DNA of 55,190 nucleotides, counting the filler, from a bacterium (GTDB lineage: Bacteria > UBA9089 > CG2-30-40-21 > SBAY01), in the NCBI GenBank assembly GCA_040757115.1. It is 3 parts of 3 records of this genome, joined end to end, with 100 filler letters (N's around TTAATTAATTAA, not from the genome) between each part and the next. Parts side by side here need not be neighbours in the genome. Positions count along the whole stretch, not along the records: positions 36,904 to 55,190 come from JBFLYA010000068.1; 2 more parts are not named here. The stretch is one strand, 5' to 3'. Position numbers and translations under genes: made by a program. The notes below the pieces were generated by a model. That model made no database searches. It was given only the letters and a program-made list of their open reading frames with translations, and was not told the DNA's origin. This document shows positions 48,521 to 55,190 of the stretch, piece after piece (the first letter of the stretch is position 1; every line of letters begins with the position of its first letter).

Positions 48521-49601
48521 CTACATTCTTTTCTATCCTCATTCTCAAAAGAGTTTGAACGAGTTGGTCTATGTTTTCTCCTGATAGGGCACAGAGAGCA
48601 ACACTATACGGCGTTTTATTTAACCATTTTGAAATTTGATTTGCATCATCGAGTTTATCAATTTTATTAAAAACAGTCACCACTGGTGTTGAGAGAACAT
48701 CTAACTGTTTTAACACCGTTTGAACACTATCCATTTGTAATTCTAAGTAAGGGCTACTGACATCAACAATATGTAAAAGTATATCTGCCTCTTGAACCTC
48801 TTCTAATGTCGCACGGAATGAAGAAACTAAATGATGGGGTAAATTCTGGATAAAACCAACCGTATCAATAAGAAGTAATGCCTGGTGTTTATTGAGGGTA
48901 AATTTAGAAATTTTGGTATCCAGAGTCGTAAATAATCTATCTTCAACCGTAACATCTGTTTTGGTTAATGTTTTAAGTAAGGTTGATTTGCCGGCATTGG
49001 TATATCCGACAAGAGCGGCGATAGGGAATTTCTGGCGTGCCTTTCGTTGTTCCTTGCGGACTTTTGCGACCTTTTGAATATCTTTGTTAAGGTGGCTGAT
49101 TCTTCTTTTAATTCGGCGTCGGTCATATTCCAATTCGGTTTCACCAGGTCCTCTTGTGCCAATTCCACCCCCTAATCTTGACATCAAAACCCCTAATCCT
49201 ATTAATCTTGGGAAAAGATAATTCAACTGGGCTAATTCTACCTGAAGTTTCGCCTCTGAGGTGTGTGCCCGCTGGGCAAATATATCCAGAATTAATTCCG
49301 TGCGGTCAATGACTCTAACTTCGATTGCCTTTTCTATGTTTCTTACCTGGCTTCCAGTTAAATCATTATCAAAAATAACCAATTCTGCTTGACTTTGCTC
49401 AACCAGTTGTTTTAACTCATCAATCTTGCCTTTTCCAATATAAGTAGATACATCTGGTGAGGTTCTACTTTGAGTAATAGCATCACAGACAATTGCCCCT
49501 GCACTTTTAGCCAATGCGGCTAATTCTTCAAAGGAATAATTAAACTCTCCGTCTTTTATGCCGGCTATCTTCACACCAACTAAAATCGCCTTTTCGCTAA
49601 T
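48501..49601 (-). CDS. hflX: GTPase HflX (probable ATT start at 49601)
   Basis: DRTELILDIFAQRA, GGGIGTRGPGET, VGYTNAGKS, DTVGFI, NKID; conserved EKAILVGV lies upstream of the GTG at 49574. Confidence 0.95.
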   Translation of the reverse strand: MSEKAILVGVKIAGIKDGEFNYSFEELAALAKSAGAIVCDAITQSRTSPDVSTYIGKGKIDELKQLVEQSQAELVIFDNDLTGSQVRNIEKAIEVRVIDRTELILDIFAQRAHTSEAKLQVELAQLNYLFPRLIGLGVLMSRLGGGIGTRGPGETELEYDRRRIKRRISHLNKDIQKVAKVRKEQRKARQKFPIAALVGYTNAGKSTLLKTLTKTDVTVEDRLFTTLDTKISKFTLNKHQALLLIDTVGFIQNLPHHLVSSFRATLEEVQEADILLHIVDVSSPYLELQMDSVQTVLKQLDVLSTPVVTVFNKIDKLDDANQISKWLNKTPYSVALCALSGENIDQLVQTLLRMRIEKNVGNRSPQ

Positions 49602-49616
49602 CTAAACTCCACCTCC

Positions 49617-49890
49617 AGAAAAGTAGAGAGTAGAAAGTAGAAAGTAGAAAGTAAAGAAAACATCACTCCTCACGCTTATCTCCTTATCTCCCACTTTCTA
49701 TCTCCTACCACTATTTTTGTATCCACCCTGTGGACATGGCCGTTCTCCTGAAAATAGGAAGTAGAGAGTAGAAAGTAGAGAGTAGAAAGTAAAGAAAACA
49801 TCACTCTTCACGCCTATCTCCTTACCTCCCACCTTCTATCTCCTACCACTATTTTCATCCTCCTTGTGCCCACTCCCTGTGGGCATGGGC
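49617..49890. repeat. Two tandem copies (about 130 bp) of a TAGAAAG-heptamer repeat
   Basis: 49620-49715 matches 49760-49855; third copy inverted at about 54953-55050. Confidence 0.85.
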
Positions 49891-49947
49891 GTTTCTCCCT
49901 GAACCTGCCAACCATTGCCTGTTGTTTCATTTCAGATGGCTAAATAG

Positions 49948-51888
49948 TTACGGTAATTTAACCACATCATTTATGCCAATGAATTTTAAGGTCATCGGGG
50001 TAATTATTAGTGCCTTTGAGATTTCAGGTTCGACTGCGACTACCTTAATTTTCCCTATTGACTCAGGTTTTTTTATCCGCTGAGTAAATGGGTCTAATTC
50101 ACCTTCTCTTTTCCAGACCTCAAGTATCTGGTCAGGTTTTAACCCGTGTATTTTACCAAGATTGATAATCACTTTATCATCAGCAAGCCTCATTATCACT
50201 CCTTGAGTAGGGATAGTATTTATAACCTTTTCAGCTAAAAATGTCAATGCCTTAATTAATTTATCCTTTCCTCTCACCGGGAGTTGAGTTTTTAATATCT
50301 TTTTCACGGTTTTAAGGTCAATCAATTCAGCATTAATATCAATCCTTTGTTCAGTTTCATTTATTTTTAGTGCCAGGGCAAATTCAGCCTTTAACTTTCG
50401 CCCCACATCTATAATCTCCTTTTCATCATTAAGAATAAGTCCTCCTTCTGTTAAGGTTATATGTGGAAATTGGTTCAGGATACTGCGTAAGATTTTAAGT
50501 GTAATTTCTTCCATCTCGAAGTGAATTGGATTTGATGGATAGGCACAAACAACTAAGTCTATTTCTGATACAGGAATCTGGTCTATTTTTTCCTTTTTAA
50601 CTAATGAGGTTTCATCCTCAAAGTATAGTCTTTCAAGCCTATCTTTTGCCTCTAAGTTAGTTGGGGTTAATTCAACCACTTTTATTAATTCGTCAATGGC
50701 TAATTGTTTCCTGCCAATAAGTTCATAGAGTTTAGCCAGAGCGAGGCGGGTGTTCGGATTCTGAGGGTCAAGGAGGATAGATTTTTTAAATTCAAAAGTG
50801 GCTAAAGTCAAGAATCCTTCCTGGAGATAATTTTCCGCACTAATGAGATGCTTTTCACTATCTTTTTTGCGTAAAGGTGAATCTACCGGTAGCCGATTAA
50901 ATTCTAAAATAATCTGCTCTTCTCTAAATAATGCAACCTCATCGTTTGTGTCAAGAGATAGTGTTGTTTCAAATTCATTCAAGGCATCATCAAACATCCC
51001 TGATTTCTCATAGATAACTCCTAATGTATAATGAGCAAGGGAATTAGCGGGTGTGAGTTCGATCAACTTTTTAAATATCGGTAGGGCATTTTTATATTCA
51101 CCAATTGTTAGATACAACAATCCATATTTAGTCAGGGCAACAGGATTCGTCGGATTTAGCTCTACTGCCTTTTTATATTCTGAAATCGCTTTATTAAATA
51201 AACCTTTTTGAAAATACAGCTCACCTAATTTAAGATAGGATGTTTCATTTCTGGGATTAGTCTTTTTTGCCAGATTAAAATAATAAATGGCATTTTTATC
51301 ATCCTCAAAATCTTTAAGATAGATAGACCCCAGTTTGAGGTAAGCCTGAAAGTAGGTTGGGTCAATTTTTGTCGTCTGAAGATATTCTTCGATGCTGTTT
51401 TTTATCTTATTATTCTTATATAAAACATTCGCTAAGTAGAAATGTGCCTCAGGATTAACAGGGTCCAATCGAATTGCTTTTTCAAGATTTATTTTTGCAC
51501 GGGATAATAAATTCTGAAGTTCATAGCATCGAGCTAAATTAATATATGCCTCAACATAATTTTCATCCAGGCTAATAGCCTTTTTATATGAGGCAGTAGC
51601 ATCTTTAAACAGTCTTTTGGCTTGATATGCCTTACCGAGATTAAGGTAGGCAGACTTGTAGTAAGGATTAAGTTTTAAGGCAGATTTATATTCGAGGATG
51701 GCTTCTGAATACTGGTGGTTGTATAAATATTCATTTCCCCTGATATAATGGTCTTGTGCATCCAGGGCCGCTGAAGGTTGGACTGAACCTACTATAATTC
51801 CCACAATGAATATCAGGTTTTTTAAAATAGAATTATTGGGGAACCGTCTTGAATTATTCTTTTTTAACCTTATCTGATTTTTCCTCAT
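49948..51888 (-). CDS. Exported TPR protein with FlgT-like C-terminal domain
   Basis: Signal-like segment, about 10 TPRs, VIINLGKIHGLK. Confidence 0.82.
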   Translation of the reverse strand: MRKNQIRLKKNNSRRFPNNSILKNLIFIVGIIVGSVQPSAALDAQDHYIRGNEYLYNHQYSEAILEYKSALKLNPYYKSAYLNLGKAYQAKRLFKDATASYKKAISLDENYVEAYINLARCYELQNLLSRAKINLEKAIRLDPVNPEAHFYLANVLYKNNKIKNSIEEYLQTTKIDPTYFQAYLKLGSIYLKDFEDDKNAIYYFNLAKKTNPRNETSYLKLGELYFQKGLFNKAISEYKKAVELNPTNPVALTKYGLLYLTIGEYKNALPIFKKLIELTPANSLAHYTLGVIYEKSGMFDDALNEFETTLSLDTNDEVALFREEQIILEFNRLPVDSPLRKKDSEKHLISAENYLQEGFLTLATFEFKKSILLDPQNPNTRLALAKLYELIGRKQLAIDELIKVVELTPTNLEAKDRLERLYFEDETSLVKKEKIDQIPVSEIDLVVCAYPSNPIHFEMEEITLKILRSILNQFPHITLTEGGLILNDEKEIIDVGRKLKAEFALALKINETEQRIDINAELIDLKTVKKILKTQLPVRGKDKLIKALTFLAEKVINTIPTQGVIMRLADDKVIINLGKIHGLKPDQILEVWKREGELDPFTQRIKKPESIGKIKVVAVEPEISKALIITPMTLKFIGINDVVKLP

Positions 51889-52327
51889 TCTTTGATTCTA
51901 ATTTTTCCACGATATTATCAATTCTTTTATTTATGTTAGCGATTTCATTCTGGAGACGACTTAATCGCTCACTAACCCTATCTTCAATCTGGTCTTGCCA
52001 TTTCTTGGCTTTGAACTCTAACCAGTTCATTAAATCCTCTTCACGACCTTTTTCTTTATCTTCTAATCGCCGCAAAATATCAATTAACAAATTTTGTCTT
52101 TCTTCTTCTTTACTTGTCAATGTGGCTAATTTAGTTGTGATTTCTTCTTTTAAATTTTCTTTCTCCCTCGTTAAACTCGTAATCGTTTGGATATCCTGGT
52201 CTCGTAGAGCTCTATATTCTCTGGATTCCCGATGATGTCGTTTCGCATCGATAAAAAACAGGATAAAAAACATAATGATGGCTATACAACCGATTGCTGA
52301 GAATATAACCTGTAAAATTTGGACCAT
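51854..52327 (-). CDS. Hypothetical single-TM coiled-coil protein
   Basis: SD AAGGAG, N-terminal TM, charged heptads. Confidence 0.7.
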   Translation of the reverse strand: MVQILQVIFSAIGCIAIIMFFILFFIDAKRHHRESREYRALRDQDIQTITSLTREKENLKEEITTKLATLTSKEEERQNLLIDILRRLEDKEKGREEDLMNWLEFKAKKWQDQIEDRVSERLSRLQNEIANINKRIDNIVEKLESKNEEKSDKVKKE

Positions 52328-52351
52328 AAATTCTCCTTTCTATTGGTAATT

Positions 52352-52626
52352 TAGAGTTCTGCAACGCCAGGAAACTGTAGTTTTTAAGGGGGTATTTAAA
52401 ACCTCTATTTTTATCAATTTCCTCCAAAAAGCAAAATGCAAAAAGCAAATATAAAAATTACATATCAAAATGTAAAATTATCTCTTTCCTTTCAGCGTTA
52501 AAGTACTTGAAGTCCTTTTTGAAATTTGATTTGTAATTTTGCATTTTGATATTTATATTTGATATTTACTATTTGATATTTAATATTTATTTGTTGTCTC
52601 CCCCAAATCCTATTTTGCAGAACCAT
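52352..52626. repeat. Dispersed repeat with GTTCTGCAA/TTGCAGAAC ends and a four-helix-bundle remnant (52478-52544, -)
   Basis: Matches 1378-1694; flanked on both sides by TATTGGTAATT; MQNYKSNFKKDFK joined out of frame to SSTLTLKGKR*. Confidence 0.8.
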
Positions 52627-52679
52627 ATTGGTAATTAGTTACCAATTAACCAATTACTTACTTATAATTTCCTGAAGCC

Positions 52680-52889
52680 CTATTTTCCACAACTTTTACA
52701 ACTTGGAGCAGTGCAGGTGCCACAACTTGACCCTGCCGTAGATGATGTTCCTCGTACCCCAAATAATGAGATTAATTTTTTTACCTCATCAGATTCACAA
52801 TTGGCACATTTAATTATCTCATTATGAGTTCTTATTAAAACCTCAAATTTATTCCCACAATTTATACATTGATATTCATATATCGGCAT
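52680..52889 (-). CDS. FmdB-family zinc-ribbon protein
   Basis: MPIYEYQCINCG..FE...CANCES; Cys-rich tail. Confidence 0.88.
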   Translation of the reverse strand: MPIYEYQCINCGNKFEVLIRTHNEIIKCANCESDEVKKLISLFGVRGTSSTAGSSCGTCTAPSCKSCGK

Positions 52890-52906
52890 AGATTTTAGTA
52901 ATTTAA

Positions 52907-52978
52907 AGCATACCACAAAGATTAAAAAATGTCAAGAAAATTTTTTGGTTGACAAAAGTAATTAAGTTGTGATACAAT
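52907..52978. promoter_or_regulatory. Divergent sigma70-like promoters (fmdB-like on -, degP on +)
   Basis: - TTGACA-N17-TATGCT; + TTGACA-N18-TACAAT. Confidence 0.6.
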
Positions 52979-53192
52979 TGGTTATCTAAACTGAAACAAC
53001 AGGCAATGGTTGTCAGATTCAAGTTTTAGGATTCAAGGGACAAAAGAGAAAATAATATCCCGTGCTCCCTGGGTGTCATGTTGACTAAGTTTTAGACCTG
53101 ATAAAAGTAGGTTTCCCAACCAGCGAACTGATAATTGGTAACTAATTACCATTCACCAATTACCAGTTACCAAGTTTAAGGAGATAATTAAA

Positions 53193-54665
53193 ATGAAGAA
53201 AAAGATTATTTATGTCATAGGGCTAATATTAAGCCTTTTTATTGGTGGTGTAGTGGGGGCAAGGGTAGCTACACATCACGCCATATTCCCACAAAAAACT
53301 GTTTTCGTTGCCCAAACTGCGGTAAGTCAGGGAGGGCTTATTGACTTAGAGAATGCCTTTGTTAAAGTCGCCGAAGAGGTAAAACCAGCCGTGGTGAACA
53401 TTAGTATCGAAAAAAAGATAAAAGAAAGAGGAATCTTCCCCGGCTTCAGAAATGAATTTAGTGACCCATTTTTTGATAACTTCTTTAAGGATTTCTTTAA
53501 GGAGTTTGAGCCGAGAGAATACACCCAGCAGAGTTTAGGCTCAGGTGTAATTGTTGATTCAAGAGGGTATATCTTGACCAATAATCATGTGGTTAAAGGG
53601 GCAGATGAGATTCAAATCACCCTGCTTGATGGACGAAAATTTAAAGGCAAGATAGTTGGTTCTGACCCCAAAACAGACCTGGCTTTAATAAAGGTAGAGG
53701 TAAAGGATAACCTTCCTTGTGCCCAATTGGGTGATTCGGATGAAATAAAAATAGGTAATTGGGCAATTGCCATTGGCAATCCATTTGGATTAGACCATAC
53801 GATGACCGTTGGTGTAATCAGTGCTAAAGGCCGCTCAATTGGTGTAGCGGAATATGAAGACCTGATTCAAACCGATGCCTCAATTAATCCGGGTAATAGT
53901 GGCGGACCTTTAGTCAATATTCGCGGGGAAGTAATTGGTATCAATACGGCTATTGTTGCGGGAGGTCAGGGAATTGGCTTTGCTATCCCAATTAATATGG
54001 CAAAAAAAATCATCGGTGATTTGATTGAACATGGTAAGGTAATAAGAGCCTGGTTGGGGGTTTATATTCAAGAAATTACTCCAGAATTAGCGGAAAAATT
54101 CAAAAAAGCCCAGCCCAAAAAAGGGGTTTTAATCGCAACAATTATGCCCAATAGTCCCGCAGAAAAAGCTGGGTTAAAAATGGGTGATATTATTTTAACT
54201 GTCGAAGGAAAAGAAATTTCCACGCCACAAGAGCTTCAAAAAGAAATATTGAAAAGAAAAACTGGAGATACTGTTAAACTTGAGGTATTAAGGGACGGTA
54301 ATATTCTTAGTTTTGAGGTCAAATTGGCACAACTAAAGGAAGAAGATGTTGTTGAAAAAGATGATAATATTTCTTCCTGGCGAGGAATGACGGTTCAAAC
54401 CCTTACACCAGAGTTATCTCAACATCTTGGACTGCCTTCAACAGAAAAAGGTGTTTTAATCTCAGAAATAGCACCAGGAAGCGTAGCCCAGAAAATACGA
54501 TTGCAAGGAAAAGACATAATTAAAGAAATAAATCATCAGCCAATTGAAAATTTAGCAGATTTTAATAAAATAGTTAAACAAATATCCAGAACAAGTGATG
54601 CAATGTTGGTGATTAAACGAGCACAACTAACCTTCTTTGTCGTCTTACCAGGAGAAAAAGAGTAA
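53193..54665 (+). CDS. degP: Do/DegQ (HtrA) serine endoprotease with two PDZ domains
   Basis: LGSGVI, TNNHVV, DLAL, QTDASINPGNSGGPL, two PDZ domains. Confidence 0.93.
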   Translation: MKKKIIYVIGLILSLFIGGVVGARVATHHAIFPQKTVFVAQTAVSQGGLIDLENAFVKVAEEVKPAVVNISIEKKIKERGIFPGFRNEFSDPFFDNFFKDFFKEFEPREYTQQSLGSGVIVDSRGYILTNNHVVKGADEIQITLLDGRKFKGKIVGSDPKTDLALIKVEVKDNLPCAQLGDSDEIKIGNWAIAIGNPFGLDHTMTVGVISAKGRSIGVAEYEDLIQTDASINPGNSGGPLVNIRGEVIGINTAIVAGGQGIGFAIPINMAKKIIGDLIEHGKVIRAWLGVYIQEITPELAEKFKKAQPKKGVLIATIMPNSPAEKAGLKMGDIILTVEGKEISTPQELQKEILKRKTGDTVKLEVLRDGNILSFEVKLAQLKEEDVVEKDDNISSWRGMTVQTLTPELSQHLGLPSTEKGVLISEIAPGSVAQKIRLQGKDIIKEINHQPIENLADFNKIVKQISRTSDAMLVIKRAQLTFFVVLPGEKE

Positions 54666-54668
54666 TTC

Positions 54669-54725
54669 ATGGCTGACATTTCTATATTTCTTGCCTTTGG
54701 AACCGGTATGTTATCATTTCTGTAA
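54669..54725 (+). pseudogene. Truncated CcdA-like (cytochrome c biogenesis) gene start
   Basis: MADISIFLAFGTGMLSFL* stops at the repeat end where SPC would be expected. Confidence 0.6.
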
Positions 54726-55050
54726 CCGTTCACCGCAGAGACACAGAGACGCAGAGAAGAAAATTAAAATTTATGGACGATACGCTTAACATCCCTGATT
54801 TTCATCAGTGCAAGCTCTTGAGTACAACAACATTAAACTTGCCCTGATGAAAATCAGGGATGGATTAACAAATCTGGCTTACCTGCTTGCCGAATGTTCA
54901 GCAGGAGAATAGCACGCTGATGACGCGGATGTTGCGGATATTCGCGGATAGAAAATAGAAGGTGGGAAGTAACGAGATAAGCGTGAGGAGTGATGTTTTC
55001 TTTACTTTCTACTCTCTACTCTCTACTTCCTATTTTCAGGAGAACGGTCA
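54722..55050. repeat. Composite repeat: GxxExxY mini-element end, CTGATTTTCATCAG hairpin, GCGGAT nonamers, TAGAAAG unit
   Basis: 54722-54790 nearly identical to 24026-24094; inverted CCTGATTTTCATCAG(T/G)GCAAG at 54794-54860. Confidence 0.8.
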
Positions 55051-55190
55051 TGAGTCTGCGACTCACAAAGTCTTACGGTAAAATGTCAAGTAAAAAATTA
55101 AGTTTTTTTAAAAATATTTTTCCTGACTTATATCCCTAAAAAGGCACAAAAATAGTATGTTCGGATACAAGTGAATTTTTTAAATATCCA

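Noticed and set aside
52983-53160. 6S RNA
   Set aside because: Could not build the long rod with central bubble by eye; kept only as an unexplained leader

Overview
Low-GC (roughly one third GC, by eye) bacterial assembly, probably a diderm anaerobe (PilQ secretin, AsmA, CsgG-like protein, hydrogenase-associated genes). Two 100-nt N gaps with a TTAATTAATTAA linker (18379-18478, 36804-36903) and one plain N gap (40427-40526) mean adjacency across them is not proven. Core-like genes: [FeFe]-hydrogenase-associated regulatory cluster (DRTGG, CBS-RsbT-type kinase, PHP, HATPase, NuoE-like, ferredoxin), argG-xseB, asmA with two GT4s, csgG-like, argB, a giant beta-helix surface protein, pilMNOPQ, hflX, a TPR protein, an FmdB-type zinc ribbon and degP. 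Accessory DNA: a deeply nested IS/MITE pile (7179-11760), an ABC permease / PEP-utilising phosphotransferase / B12 radical SAM remnant, and a probable group II intron 5' end. The best candidate for a new system is a 10-kb minus-strand island (19754-29549). It encodes a FliA-like sigma, a small putative anti-sigma, an ATPase-less Lon protease domain fused through one TM helix to an external DUF4384-like domain, a membrane coiled-coil protein, a vWA-like lipoprotein, a second DUF4384-like protein, and an exported TPR-CHAT protease with hypervariable repeats. A private 29-bp promoter-like motif precedes both the sigma gene and the downstream genes. A second theme is that many intergenic repeats are hairpin-bounded, internally deleted GxxExxY and four-helix-bundle mini-genes. 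All family calls come from motif recognition by eye; no searches were run.
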